From an uncultured Gammaproteobacteria bacterium (GTDB taxonomy: Bacteria; Patescibacteriota; Microgenomatia; UBA12405; JAHJSD01): a DNA stretch of 64,000 nucleotides. A model generated the notes under the pieces. The model was not told where the DNA came from. It saw nothing but the letters and a program-made list of their open reading frames with translations, and searched no databases. Shown piece by piece: positions 1-9,967 of the stretch. The translations under genes and the position numbers were made by a program. Numbering within the stretch: the first letter of the stretch is position 1; each line of letters opens with the position of its first letter. The stretch spans positions 462,158 to 526,157 of the forward strand of contig CAYRYE010000001.1 of assembly GCA_964428655.1 (NCBI GenBank). The letters are read 5' to 3'.

Positions 1-271
1 CGGCAGCCGGACCAAATTTTTTGAAGCAATGGCTTGCGGTTTGCCAATTGTAACCACTCTGGAAGGAATTGAGGGAATTGAAGCGAAAAATACTCAAGAG
101 GTAATGATTGGCAACAATTTCAATGACTTGGCTAGAATCACTGTTAAATTGCTGAGAAACAAAGAATTACGTGACAAAATAGGAAAAAATGGTCGTGAAT
201 TGGTCAAAGAAAAATACTCCTGGCGCGAGAGTGCTAATGAACTGTTGAAGATATACAAACAAATTTCTTAA
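1..271 (+). CDS. Glycosyltransferase family 1 (GT4-like), C-terminal fragment; the 5' end lies outside the window
   Basis: The ORF runs to the window edge. Its C-terminal region (ACGLPIVTT...ELRDKIGKNGRELVKEKYSW) resembles GT1/GT4 C-terminal domains. Confidence 0.55.
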   Translation, partial: GSRTKFFEAMACGLPIVTTLEGIEGIEAKNTQEVMIGNNFNDLARITVKLLRNKELRDKIGKNGRELVKEKYSWRESANELLKIYKQIS

Positions 272-272
272 T

Positions 273-1205
273 ATGACTAAAGAAAATCCCCAAGTAAGCA
301 TTATTATTCTAAATTACAACACCGGCAAATTTTTAAAGCAATGTTTACAATCAATTTGGAAAAGTATTGAAAAGAACAAAAAAGAGTTGAAAGGGGTTAG
401 GATCATTGTGGTTGATAATGGGTCAACCGACGGCTCGGTAAAATATATTAAACCATTAATTAAAAATAAAAAAAATCTCGGTTTTTCAGCCGGCAATAAT
501 GTTGGGGTGAGGGAGGCGCTGAAAAAAAATCCTGATTATATTCTCTTTCTTAATCCAGACACAGTTGTTTCTTCAACGGCGATAAAAACTGTTTTGAGCT
601 TCATGCAGAAAAAACCAGAGGTGGGAATAGCCACTTGCCGGCTAGAATTGATTAACGGGCAATTGGACGAAGCCAGCCACCGTGGTTTTCCCACTCCATG
701 GCGGTCATTTTGTCATTTTTTTGGATTAAGTAAAATTTTTCCCCAAAGCAGGATTTTTGCCGGTTACACTCTAGGTCATCTATTGGGTAGTAGGAAGCCC
801 CATGAAATTGACGCCTGCACCGGCGCCTTTATGATGGTCCGTACTCGAGTCGGCAAGGAAGTCAACTGGTGGGATGAAGATTATTTTTGGTATGGAGAGG
901 ATATTGATTTCTGCTACAGAGTTAAGCGTTTGGGTTGGAAGATTTTTTTCCTGCCCCAAGTAAAAATTACTCACTATCGCGGTGTTAGCTCTGGCATTAA
1001 AAAACACAGTCAAGGATTATCAAAAGCAAAGTTAAAGACTCGACTCAAGGCCGCCAAGGCCTCTACTGAGGCAATGAGAATTTTCTATAAAAAACATTAT
1101 CTAAATAAATATCCCAAGATTATTTCTTTTTTAGTTTTAATCACTATAGAAATTCTCCAAAGAATTAGAGCTTTTAAAATTAAACTGTCAAATTGCAAAT
1201 TTTAA
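273..1205 (+). CDS. Glycosyltransferase family 2
   Basis: The N-terminus has the GT2 signature VSIIILNYN...IIVVDNGSTDGS, with DxD-type motifs downstream. It abuts the upstream glycosyltransferase. Confidence 0.75.
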   Translation: MTKENPQVSIIILNYNTGKFLKQCLQSIWKSIEKNKKELKGVRIIVVDNGSTDGSVKYIKPLIKNKKNLGFSAGNNVGVREALKKNPDYILFLNPDTVVSSTAIKTVLSFMQKKPEVGIATCRLELINGQLDEASHRGFPTPWRSFCHFFGLSKIFPQSRIFAGYTLGHLLGSRKPHEIDACTGAFMMVRTRVGKEVNWWDEDYFWYGEDIDFCYRVKRLGWKIFFLPQVKITHYRGVSSGIKKHSQGLSKAKLKTRLKAAKASTEAMRIFYKKHYLNKYPKIISFLVLITIEILQRIRAFKIKLSNCKF

Positions 1206-2342
1206 ATGGTTAAATTACAAAAAATAGTGATTGATGCCAGAATGTATGGCCTTGAACACGCTGGGATTGGACGCTATGTCATGAGTCTTATTTCAAATCT
1301 CGAACTCCCGTCTGCCTTCAAGCTTATTTTGCTAGTAAAAAAAGAAAAAATGAGTGAGATAAAAAGAGAGCTGGGTAATAAATTTGAATATATTCCTGTA
1401 AAATCACGCCATTATTCTTTTGTCGAACAGCTGGAAATTCCATTAATCCTTAATAAAATCAAGCCTGACTTGGTTCACTTCCCTCATTTTAATTCCAGTC
1501 TTTTTTGGCAAGGCGATTTCGTAGTTACCATTCATGATTTGATTAAGCATTATTTTACCGGCAAAGAAACTACCACCAGATCAACACCAACTTACTGGTT
1601 AAAGCATCTAGCTTATCGATTTCAAATAAATTATTCTGTCAAAAAATCTAAATTGATTATTGTTCCCAGTCAATATTGGAAAAAAGAGTTGGTAAAAAAG
1701 TTTAAAGTTCCTCAAAAAAAAATAATTGTTACTCACGAGGCAGTTGACCCGGATTTTTTAAAATTGGTTGGGAAAAAAAGAAAGAGTGTTCTAAAAAAAT
1801 TCTCTCTCAAAACCCCCTTTTTTATTTACACAGGTAATGTCTATCCCCATAAAAATATAGAAAGATTGTTAAGGGCGATCAGAAAGATTAATAATGTTAA
1901 TTTAGTTATTGTTTGCAGCAGAGGCGTATTTACTAAAAGATTGAGTTTTTTGGTGAATAAACTAAGATTAAAAAAAAGAGTCGACTTTTTAGGATTTGTC
2001 AATGATCGAGATCTAATTTCTCTTTATCAAAAGGCTGAAGCATTGGTTCAACCTTCACTAATGGAAGGTTTTGGTTTAACCGGATTAGAGGCGATGGCCG
2101 CTGGCTGTTCGGTGGTTTCCTCAAATGCTTCCTGTTTGCCAGAAATCTATGGAGAAGCGGCTTTATATTTTGATCCTTTAAATATTACCGACATTGCTGA
2201 AAAGTTAGAATTAATATTAAAAAATAAAAAATTAAGAGAAGAACTAGCCAAGAAAGGAAAAAAACAAGTAGAAAAATATTCTTGGATGGAAACAGCAAGA
2301 ACAACTGTTGAGGGATATAAAAAAATCCTAACCAATAATTAA
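1206..2342 (+). CDS. Glycosyltransferase family 1 (GT4)
   Basis: The C-terminal motif EGFGLTGLEAMAAGCSVVSS is typical of GT4 retaining glycosyltransferases. Confidence 0.75.
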   Translation: MVKLQKIVIDARMYGLEHAGIGRYVMSLISNLELPSAFKLILLVKKEKMSEIKRELGNKFEYIPVKSRHYSFVEQLEIPLILNKIKPDLVHFPHFNSSLFWQGDFVVTIHDLIKHYFTGKETTTRSTPTYWLKHLAYRFQINYSVKKSKLIIVPSQYWKKELVKKFKVPQKKIIVTHEAVDPDFLKLVGKKRKSVLKKFSLKTPFFIYTGNVYPHKNIERLLRAIRKINNVNLVIVCSRGVFTKRLSFLVNKLRLKKRVDFLGFVNDRDLISLYQKAEALVQPSLMEGFGLTGLEAMAAGCSVVSSNASCLPEIYGEAALYFDPLNITDIAEKLELILKNKKLREELAKKGKKQVEKYSWMETARTTVEGYKKILTNN

Positions 2343-2344
2343 TA

Positions 2345-3427
2345 ATGAAAGTTGCTATTGCTTATGACTGGGTCAATCAAATTGGGGGAGCGGAAAGAGT
2401 CTTGCAAACTCTTCATCAAATCTGGCCTAAGGCGCCCTTGTTTACCAGTGTTTATGATTCTAAAAAGGCTGCTTGGGCTAAAGAGTTTCCTTTAGTGAAA
2501 ACTAGTTTTTTACAAAGTATTCCCGGAACTAAGAAATATTATCGTTTTTTTGCTCCTTTAATTCCAATCGGCTTTGAACAATTTAATTTTGATGATTTTG
2601 ATTTAGTTATTTCTGTTACTTCGGGTCCCGCTAAGGCAATTGTTACCAAACCACAAACTTGCCATATTTGCTATTGTTTAACACCACCAAGATATTTTTG
2701 GGAAAGGAGATTTTTAGACAAAAAATGGCTCTTTCCTCTTTTAGCGCCATTGCGGAAGCAAGACTATTTCTTCTCCAAAAGACCGGATTATTTTCTAGCC
2801 ACCTCTGAAAATGTCAGTAAAAAGATTGAAAAATTTTATGGTATTAAGTCAGAAGTAATCTACCCGGGAGCGGATTTGACTAAATTTAAACCCCGCAAAG
2901 ATAAAGTAAATAAAAAAGAAAGGCCATTTTTCTTAGTGGTTTCCCGACTGGTCGAATATAAAAAAACAGATCTGGTGATAAAAGCGTTCAACCAATTAGG
3001 TTGGCGCTTAAAAATTATTGGCTCAGGCAGACAGTTTAATTATTTAAAAGAAATTGCCAACGAAAACATTACTTTTCTTAACAAAATTGATGATAAACAA
3101 TTGATTGAGGAATATCAAAACTGCCAAGCCTTGATTGCCGCCCAAGAAGAAGATTTTGGTCTGACGTCAATTGAGGTTCAGGCTTGCGGCAAACCAGTGA
3201 TTGGCCTGGCCAAAGGGGGAATTAAAGAAACAGTTGTTCCTGGTCTTACCGGAGAGCTTTTTTATCCCCAAACAAAAAAAGCCCTAATCAAAGTTCTTAG
3301 AAAATTTGATTTGGACAAATATAAAGAGAAAGATTGCTTAAAAAACGCTCAAGGGTTTAGTTTAGAAAAATTTATGTTATCATTTAAAAACAAAATAGAG
3401 GCGAGGTATAAGGAGTATCGGGAATGA
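2345..3427 (+). CDS. Glycosyltransferase family 1 (GT4-like)
   Basis: The EEDFGLTSIEVQACGKPVIG motif resembles the GT4 C-terminal E-x7-E region. It overlaps the downstream gene by 4 nt. Confidence 0.65.
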   Translation: MKVAIAYDWVNQIGGAERVLQTLHQIWPKAPLFTSVYDSKKAAWAKEFPLVKTSFLQSIPGTKKYYRFFAPLIPIGFEQFNFDDFDLVISVTSGPAKAIVTKPQTCHICYCLTPPRYFWERRFLDKKWLFPLLAPLRKQDYFFSKRPDYFLATSENVSKKIEKFYGIKSEVIYPGADLTKFKPRKDKVNKKERPFFLVVSRLVEYKKTDLVIKAFNQLGWRLKIIGSGRQFNYLKEIANENITFLNKIDDKQLIEEYQNCQALIAAQEEDFGLTSIEVQACGKPVIGLAKGGIKETVVPGLTGELFYPQTKKALIKVLRKFDLDKYKEKDCLKNAQGFSLEKFMLSFKNKIEARYKEYRE

Positions 3428-4074
3428 AAGAAGAACTGTATTTTTTCACGAAAAGAATAATGGATGTTTCTTTAGCTGTTCTTTTAGGAATTATTTTTTC
3501 TCCAGTAATATTGATCATAATGCTTTTAATTAAATTAGAGTCAAGGGGCCCAATTTTGGCAAAAGTTGGCAAAAGAATAAGTCAGAATGGTGAGTTGTTT
3601 CGTCTTTATAAGTTTAGATCAATGATTGCTAATGCTCATCGACTTCTAAAAACTGATCCTAAATTTAGAAAAGCCTATGAGGAGCAGCAAGAAAAAGGTA
3701 ATTATAAAATTAAAAAAGATCCCCGAATAACCAAGATTGGTAAATTTATTCGCAAACATTCAATAGATGAAATTCCCCAATTGTTTAATGTAATTAAAGG
3801 AGATATGAGTATTATTGGTCCTAGAGCTTATTATCCAGAAGAACTAGAAAAACAGCAGCAAAAATACCCTCACACTAAAAAATTAATTAAAGAAGCCTTG
3901 ACTATCAAGCCGGGTATTACTGGTCTATGGCAGGTTTCGGGCAGAAGTGAGTTAAACTTTGACAAGCGTATTGCTCTTGATGCATACTATGCAGGGCAAA
4001 AATCGCTCTGGTTGGATATTTTGATTCTTTTAAAAACGCCGTGGGTGATGATTACCGGAAAGGGAGCAGCATGA
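3424..4074 (+). CDS. Small monotopic phosphoglycosyl (sugar) transferase, PglC/WbaP C-terminal-domain type
   Basis: One N-terminal transmembrane segment, then the conserved IDEIPQLFNVIKGDMSIIGPRA motif of bacterial sugar transferases. Confidence 0.8.
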   Translation: MKEELYFFTKRIMDVSLAVLLGIIFSPVILIIMLLIKLESRGPILAKVGKRISQNGELFRLYKFRSMIANAHRLLKTDPKFRKAYEEQQEKGNYKIKKDPRITKIGKFIRKHSIDEIPQLFNVIKGDMSIIGPRAYYPEELEKQQQKYPHTKKLIKEALTIKPGITGLWQVSGRSELNFDKRIALDAYYAGQKSLWLDILILLKTPWVMITGKGAA

Positions 4075-6113
4075 ACCTAGAAATACCAAATCTCAAATCT
4101 CGTGTCGCCGGAACCGTGCTCCGCCAAAACGTGGCTGCGCAGCGGCGAGTAGCCTCTGACGACGCACAGCAAATCCCAAAGAACAATGACCTTAGTTCAA
4201 GTAAACTAGAGAGGTTAAAAAGAAAGTTTGTAAAGATTTCCAAGAACAGGCGCCTGGTAGGCTTTTTAATTTTTTTAGTTTTATTAATAATTGTTGGCTT
4301 AATAGGAATAGTAGTTCCCGGAACAGCCTTAGTCAATCAAGTAAAAAACTTAGAAACTAAGGCCCAAAAAATTAAGTCAACAATGGCCACCAAAGACCTA
4401 AAATTAATCAAAAGAGAAATGGAAGAAGTTGGCCAGGAAGTTGAGAAACTGGAAAAGGGCTACAAAAGATTATTTCTTCTAAAAATAATTCCTGGCTTGC
4501 GCGGTTATTATCTGGATGGGCAAGGGGTAATTAAGGCGGCAAAAGCAGGTGTTAAAACAGGAAAAATTATTATTGAAGCAGTAGAACCCTATCAAGACTT
4601 TTTAGGCCTGATAGGGGATGAGGAAGAAGGCGCTTTGGCTGGTGGGGAAAAAACAACCGAAGAAAGAATCAGCTTTTTGGTAGAAAGTATCGAAGGCCTA
4701 AGGCCAAGACTGAATGAGATAGAAAAGGAGTTAAAAATAATTGAGGAATCTGTTAGTAGAATAGATCCCCAAAAATACCCCGAGAGAATTAAAGGCAGGG
4801 AAATCAGGAATAAAGTTTCCCAAGGTAAAAGACTAATTGGCCAGATCAGACAGGCTGTTAGCGAAGGCCGGCCGCTGCTTGAGCGGGCTGATTGGCTTTT
4901 GGGTAAAGATGATCCTCGAAAATACCTCTTCTTATTCCAAAATGACGCTGAACTGAGACCCACTGGTGGTTTTTGGACCGCCTATGGAATCATTGAAGTT
5001 GACAACGGCAAGTTTTCCCCATCCGTGTCTGAAGACATTTATGCCCTGGACGCTCGCTTTATGAGTAATATTTTGGCGCCAAGGCCAATTGAGAAATATC
5101 ACAAGAATGTCCATTACTGGTATCTCAGAGACATGAATCTGTCACCTGATTTCAAAACGTCGGTGGAAGAATTTATTAAACACTACAAAGAGATCAAGGG
5201 CGCAAAAGAGTTTGAAGGAGTGATAGCGGTTGACACTCAAGTTCTGGTCGATATTCTGGAGGTTCTGGGGAGAATTGGTGTTCCAGGTTGGGGAAACTTC
5301 ACTCCCGAGCCCGACGATCGCTGCTGGGGTTGTCCTCAGGTTGTTTACCAGTTAGAGTTATTGGCTGATAAGCCGCTGTCAACCATAAAAGCAGATCGAA
5401 AAGGCTTCCTAGCGCCCTTAATGCATTCAATTATTGCCAACGCCTTGGGTTCTCCTAAGGAAAAAGTATCTGATTTAGCTAATGCTGTTTTGAAAAGTTT
5501 TAAAGAAAAAAATATTTTAGTTTACTTTCCGGATGAAGACTTGCAAAAAGCGGTTGAGGGGCTGAACGTTGCTGGCGCTGTCGAGTCGGCAGGAGAAGAT
5601 TACTTCCACCTTAATGATGCCAACTTTGCCGGGGCTAAGTCTAATTTATTCATCAGCCAGGAAGTTAAGCAGGAATACAAAGTTGAAAAAGACGGTCGAG
5701 TAATAAAAAAAGCTACTGTTGTTTATAAAAATACCGCCCCTCCTTCTAATTGTAATTTAGAGCGCGGTGATCTTTGTTTGAATGGTCTTTACAGAAACTG
5801 GTTTAGGTTTTATGTTCCCCAAGGGAGTAAATTAATAAAAATGACTGGTTCAGAAGTTGAGCCGGAAGTTTATGATGAATTGGGCAAAACTGTTCTTGAG
5901 GGTTTTTACGGGAATAAATATCCCCTTCATCCTCAAGGAAGCGCTCGGGTAACAGTTGAATATGAACTGCCTTTTAAACCAGCAAAAACAATAAAACTTC
6001 TAATTCAAAAACAGCCGGGAACAAAAAGTCCCAAATACGAAATCCTGGTTAATGGCAGCAAACAGCGAGAATTTAATCTGTCAGCTGATAGGAATTTGGA
6101 TTTGTCTCTTTAA
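4071..6113 (+). CDS. DUF4012-domain membrane-anchored protein (polysaccharide-locus associated)
   Basis: N-terminal transmembrane segment and coiled-coil region, then the block FQNDAELRPTGGFWTAYGIIEVDNGKF typical of DUF4012. The start is taken at the ATG overlapping the upstream stop; the ORF track begins at 4041. Confidence 0.55.
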   Translation: MNLEIPNLKSRVAGTVLRQNVAAQRRVASDDAQQIPKNNDLSSSKLERLKRKFVKISKNRRLVGFLIFLVLLIIVGLIGIVVPGTALVNQVKNLETKAQKIKSTMATKDLKLIKREMEEVGQEVEKLEKGYKRLFLLKIIPGLRGYYLDGQGVIKAAKAGVKTGKIIIEAVEPYQDFLGLIGDEEEGALAGGEKTTEERISFLVESIEGLRPRLNEIEKELKIIEESVSRIDPQKYPERIKGREIRNKVSQGKRLIGQIRQAVSEGRPLLERADWLLGKDDPRKYLFLFQNDAELRPTGGFWTAYGIIEVDNGKFSPSVSEDIYALDARFMSNILAPRPIEKYHKNVHYWYLRDMNLSPDFKTSVEEFIKHYKEIKGAKEFEGVIAVDTQVLVDILEVLGRIGVPGWGNFTPEPDDRCWGCPQVVYQLELLADKPLSTIKADRKGFLAPLMHSIIANALGSPKEKVSDLANAVLKSFKEKNILVYFPDEDLQKAVEGLNVAGAVESAGEDYFHLNDANFAGAKSNLFISQEVKQEYKVEKDGRVIKKATVVYKNTAPPSNCNLERGDLCLNGLYRNWFRFYVPQGSKLIKMTGSEVEPEVYDELGKTVLEGFYGNKYPLHPQGSARVTVEYELPFKPAKTIKLLIQKQPGTKSPKYEILVNGSKQREFNLSADRNLDLSL

Positions 6114-6124
6114 AACTGAAGTAT

Positions 6125-6685
6125 ATGAGCAAGAGCCGGCAGGTCAAAGGGGTAGTGGTTGGCAGAAAAGATTTTGGCGAATTAGATAAAATTATCACCT
6201 TATTCACTGAGCAAGAGGGAAAGATAAGAGTTATTGCCAAGGGTGTCAGGAGGATCAATAGTCGAAGATCAAGCGGCCTGGAACTGGGTGGAGAGATCAA
6301 GGCTTTGTTATTTCAGGGTAAAAATATTGACATTATAACTGAAGTTGAGATTCTTGATAGTTTTTTGGATGTTAGAGAAGACTCTGCCCGGCTGGGAGGG
6401 TTAATTTTTCTTTGCGAACTGATTAATTATCTTTTACCGGAAAATGAAAAGAACAAAGCTGTTCATGAGCAGTTTTTGCTAGTCAGAAATGAGATTAAAG
6501 AGGGAAATCTGGAGAAAATCGTTGAGTTTGAGGCAAAGATTATTCAGATGTTGGGCTTTGGGATGGTAAAACAAGAAAGAGAACTGATAGCAAAAAAAGA
6601 GTGGAGGGCCGCTCATGCTAGACTAAAAAATAGGATTGAAAACATTATTGAACGGCCGCTTAAAAGCTTGGCCATTTTTAATTAA
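6125..6685 (+). CDS. recO: DNA repair protein RecO (compact form)
   Basis: The N-terminus VKGVVVGRKDFGELDKIITLFTEQEGKIRVIAKGVRR matches the RecO OB-fold consensus. The protein is short and lacks an obvious C-terminal zinc motif. Confidence 0.45.
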   Translation: MSKSRQVKGVVVGRKDFGELDKIITLFTEQEGKIRVIAKGVRRINSRRSSGLELGGEIKALLFQGKNIDIITEVEILDSFLDVREDSARLGGLIFLCELINYLLPENEKNKAVHEQFLLVRNEIKEGNLEKIVEFEAKIIQMLGFGMVKQERELIAKKEWRAAHARLKNRIENIIERPLKSLAIFN

Positions 6686-7995
6686 TGAGTAAGAGAGAAG
6701 AAAAACTTGCCAAAATAGTTTCTCTTTGCAAAAGAAGAGGCTTTGTTTTTGTTAATTCTGAGATATATGGAGGCATTAGAGGTTTTTATGATTTTGGTCC
6801 CCTGGGAGTTGAACTAGCTAATAATATCAGAAGGCTCTGGTGGTCTGAGATAGTTGAAAAAAGAGAGGATGTTGTTGGCCTAGATGGCTCTATTATCACT
6901 CATCCCAAGGTTTGGGAAGCATCAGGCCATGTTAAAGGCTTTAATGAGCCGCTAGTAGACTGCAAGTCATGCAAAAAAAGGTTCCCTGCCGATCAGGTAA
7001 AGAGAAGGTGTCCTAAGTGCGGCGGCAAACTAAGCAAACCAAGAGAATTCAATATTCTGGTAGAGGCGAGCATTGGTGTTTTAGAAGGAGCAAAAGATAA
7101 GGTTTATTTAAGGGGAGAAGCCTGTCAAACAATCTATCTTGACTATAAGAATGTTCTCCGGAGCATGAGGATGAAAATTCCTTTTGGTATTGCTCAAATT
7201 GGCAAAGCCTTCCGCAATGAAATTACCCCAAGGTATTTTCTTTTTAGGCAAAGAGAATTTGAGCAATGGGATCTTCAGTATTTTGTTAATCCTAAAGAAA
7301 CGGAAAAATGGTATCGGTACTGGAGGGAAGAGCGAATGAAATGGTACCAAAGTTTGGTTAATGATCCTAAAAAAGTGAGGCTTAGACAGCATAAGCAAAA
7401 TGAACTGGCTCATTATGCCAAAATTGCCTTTGATATTGAATACAAAACACCATTTGCCGGTTGGAAAGAGTGGGAGGGTATCCATTGGCGGGGAGACTGG
7501 GACTTGACTCGTCATGGAAAATATAGCGGGAACGATTTCACTTATACTAATCCAGAAACAGGAGAAAAATTTATTCCTTGGATCGTGGAAACTTCCGGAG
7601 GGGTGGATAGGACATTTCTCTTTTTGCTGTTGGACGCTTATCATGAAGAAGAAGTTAAAAAGGGAGAAATAAGAGTAGTATTGCGCCTTAATCCCAAAAT
7701 AGCCCCTTACAAAATAGCTGTTTTCCCACTTTTAGCTAATAAAAAAGAATTGGTCGATAAGGCTGGTAATTTATTTAATGATTTGAAATTGAAATTTAGT
7801 ACTATTTGGGATGGTATTGGCAATATTGGTAAACGCTATCGAAGACAAGACGAAATTGGCACACCTTGGTGTCTGACGGTTGATTTTCAAACGCTGAAAG
7901 ATAATACTGTAACAGTTAGAGATCGAGATACGATGAAACAAAAAAGATTAGCAATACCAGAATTAGAAGATTATTTTAAAGGAGAGCTAAAATGA
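6685..7995 (+). CDS. glyQS: Glycine--tRNA ligase (dimeric class II type)
   Basis: The N-terminus KREEKLAKIVSLCKRRGFVFVNSEIYGG..FYDFGPLG is typical of alpha2-type GlyRS, and class II motifs are present. Confidence 0.85.
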   Translation: MSKREEKLAKIVSLCKRRGFVFVNSEIYGGIRGFYDFGPLGVELANNIRRLWWSEIVEKREDVVGLDGSIITHPKVWEASGHVKGFNEPLVDCKSCKKRFPADQVKRRCPKCGGKLSKPREFNILVEASIGVLEGAKDKVYLRGEACQTIYLDYKNVLRSMRMKIPFGIAQIGKAFRNEITPRYFLFRQREFEQWDLQYFVNPKETEKWYRYWREERMKWYQSLVNDPKKVRLRQHKQNELAHYAKIAFDIEYKTPFAGWKEWEGIHWRGDWDLTRHGKYSGNDFTYTNPETGEKFIPWIVETSGGVDRTFLFLLLDAYHEEEVKKGEIRVVLRLNPKIAPYKIAVFPLLANKKELVDKAGNLFNDLKLKFSTIWDGIGNIGKRYRRQDEIGTPWCLTVDFQTLKDNTVTVRDRDTMKQKRLAIPELEDYFKGELK

Positions 7996-8528
7996 CCAAA
8001 AACAAAAAAGTCTTATTATTCATCGGCGTTTTTTTAGTTTTTGCAGTTATTGTTTTAAGCTGGCTTTTTAGTTGGGGAATGGGAACAAAGAAAGATGAAA
8101 ACGGTCCGATTTTACCAAGTCCGACAATTAGCCAAATTAGTTTATCTGGTGAAAAAGAGCCTGAAATGGAACTAGATATTAATAGTGATCGGAGCGGGGC
8201 GACACTAACTGTTTGGGAAATCGATGACCAGTTTTCCGAACTGGAATACGAACTGATTTACATAGCAGAAAGCGATGGTCAGGAAATTGAAAGGGGTGTT
8301 GCTGGAGGCCCGCTTGATATTCCTGATAACAGGCGAATAGAGGAAGATGTTCTTTTTGGTACTGAAAGCTGCACTACTGGTGTTTGCAAACGCCACATTG
8401 ATAAAAATGTTAGCAGCGGAGTCTTAATTATTAGATTAATTACTTCAGACGATCAAGTTTGGAGCACTGAGAAAGAGTTTGAAATTGAAAAAACCACTTC
8501 CGGGTATCAAGCAATCTGGAAAGAATAA
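7992..8528 (+). CDS. Hypothetical membrane-anchored protein
   Basis: An N-terminal hydrophobic segment and no recognisable domain. The ORF overlaps the glyQS stop. Confidence 0.35.
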   Translation: MTKNKKVLLFIGVFLVFAVIVLSWLFSWGMGTKKDENGPILPSPTISQISLSGEKEPEMELDINSDRSGATLTVWEIDDQFSELEYELIYIAESDGQEIERGVAGGPLDIPDNRRIEEDVLFGTESCTTGVCKRHIDKNVSSGVLIIRLITSDDQVWSTEKEFEIEKTTSGYQAIWKE

Positions 8529-8591
8529 TATCGGACGCCAGTAATCACTTCAGTTACTTTCAGTAAAACAATACCAATCGAAAATTGCCTC

Positions 8592-8660
8592 TTGACAAGA
8601 GGTGATTTGTGGTGGCAGAATGGTGACAGATGGTGGTTAGTGGTGAAAAATGGTGAAAAC
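8592..8660 (+). promoter_or_regulatory. dcw-cluster promoter region: TTGACA -35-like hexamer followed by an array of 10-bp-phased TGGTG(A/G) direct repeats (putative MraZ boxes) that overlaps the mraZ start
   Basis: TTGACA sits at 8592-8597. TGGTG repeats start at 8610, 8621, 8631, 8641 and 8651, exactly 10 bp apart for the last four, immediately upstream of and into the mraZ ATG at 8650. Confidence 0.5.
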
Positions 8661-9093
8661 TCTTTTGGGCCAATACCAAGTAAAAGTGAGTCAAAAAGGA
8701 AGGGTGGCCTTTCCTAAAAAATTTAGAGAAATTTTAGGAGAAAAAGTCATTTTAACCAGGGGCTACGAAGGTTGTTTAATTGCTATTTCAGAAAAAGAGT
8801 GGGGAACTTTAGTAGAAGCTACCGAGAAAAAGCCCTTTGTCTTTGGCCCAACGAGAGACACGGCTCGATTTTTATTAGGCAACGCCGCTTTAATTGGACT
8901 TGATGTTCAGGGAAGGTTTATCATCCCCAATCATCTGAGAGACTATGGCGAAATTGAAAACAAAGCAGTATTTTTGGGACTCAATCGTTATGTTGAGATT
9001 TGGTCGGAAAAGAAATGGGGAAATTACCAAGACTACCTCAATAAAAACATTGACCACATCTCAGAAAGATTGAGTGAGCCCAATGAGAGATGA
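8650..9093 (+). CDS. mraZ: Transcriptional regulator MraZ
   Basis: The duplicated MraZ-type fold shows in VKVSQKGRVAFPKKFREIL and a second (I/V)xxKGR-like half. It is the first gene of the division cluster, followed by rsmH. Confidence 0.85.
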   Translation: MVKTLLGQYQVKVSQKGRVAFPKKFREILGEKVILTRGYEGCLIAISEKEWGTLVEATEKKPFVFGPTRDTARFLLGNAALIGLDVQGRFIIPNHLRDYGEIENKAVFLGLNRYVEIWSEKKWGNYQDYLNKNIDHISERLSEPNER

Positions 9094-9967
9094 GACCAAA
9101 CATATTCCAGTACTTTTAAAAGAAGTTATTGAAACTTTGAAGCCTAAAAAAGGAGAGAAGTACATTGATGCCGCCTTAGGCTTTGGAGGTTATGCTCTAG
9201 AACTTGTTGGCAAGGGTAGTAAGGTTTTGGGGATTGAACTGGACCCTGAGGTTTTAAAGCTAGCCAAGAAGCGTTTCTTTGGATTCTGCCCCAAGGCTTC
9301 TTGGAAATTAATCAGTGGTAATTTCGCTGAGATCGAGAAAATTGCCAGTGAAAATGATTTTTGCCCAGTTGAGGGAATAATCTTTGATCTTGGCATTTCT
9401 CGCTGGCATTACAAACAAGCAGGGAGGGGCTTTTCCTTTAAAGACCAAGAGCTGGATATGAGACTTAGCCCTCATTTAGTAATTAGGGCTTCAGATATTG
9501 TTAATAATTATTCCTATGATCAATTTTATAGAGTCTTTACAAAAATTGCTCAAGAAAAACTGGCTGGGCCGATTGCTCGAGCTTTGGTTCGCGCCCGTCG
9601 TTTAAAAAAAATAGAGTCGGCTAATCAATTGGCTGACTTGGTAATGGGTGTTTATCTTAAACATCGAGTGAGAACAAGGCTGCATCCGGCCACTAAGGTT
9701 TTTCTGGCCCTAAGAACAATCGTTAATCAGGAATTAGAAAATCTGAAATCAGGTTTAGGGGGAGCAATTAAAATTTTAAAAACTAAGGGAAAGTTACTGG
9801 TAATTACCTTTAACTCTAACGAAGACAGGATAACAAAAAAATTTTACAGAACAAAAGAAAAACAAGGCTTAATTAAAACCTTGAAATTGGTTTTCCCAAC
9901 TAAAAAAGAAATTAGAATTAACCCTTTAGCTCGAAGCGCTAAATTAAGAATTGCTGTTAAAACATGA
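9074..9967 (+). CDS. rsmH: 16S rRNA (cytosine1402-N4)-methyltransferase RsmH (MraW)
   Basis: HIPVLLKEVIETL...IDAALGFGGYA matches the RsmH N-terminus and SAM-binding loop. It occupies the canonical position after mraZ. Confidence 0.9.
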   Translation: MSPMRDETKHIPVLLKEVIETLKPKKGEKYIDAALGFGGYALELVGKGSKVLGIELDPEVLKLAKKRFFGFCPKASWKLISGNFAEIEKIASENDFCPVEGIIFDLGISRWHYKQAGRGFSFKDQELDMRLSPHLVIRASDIVNNYSYDQFYRVFTKIAQEKLAGPIARALVRARRLKKIESANQLADLVMGVYLKHRVRTRLHPATKVFLALRTIVNQELENLKSGLGGAIKILKTKGKLLVITFNSNEDRITKKFYRTKEKQGLIKTLKLVFPTKKEIRINPLARSAKLRIAVKT

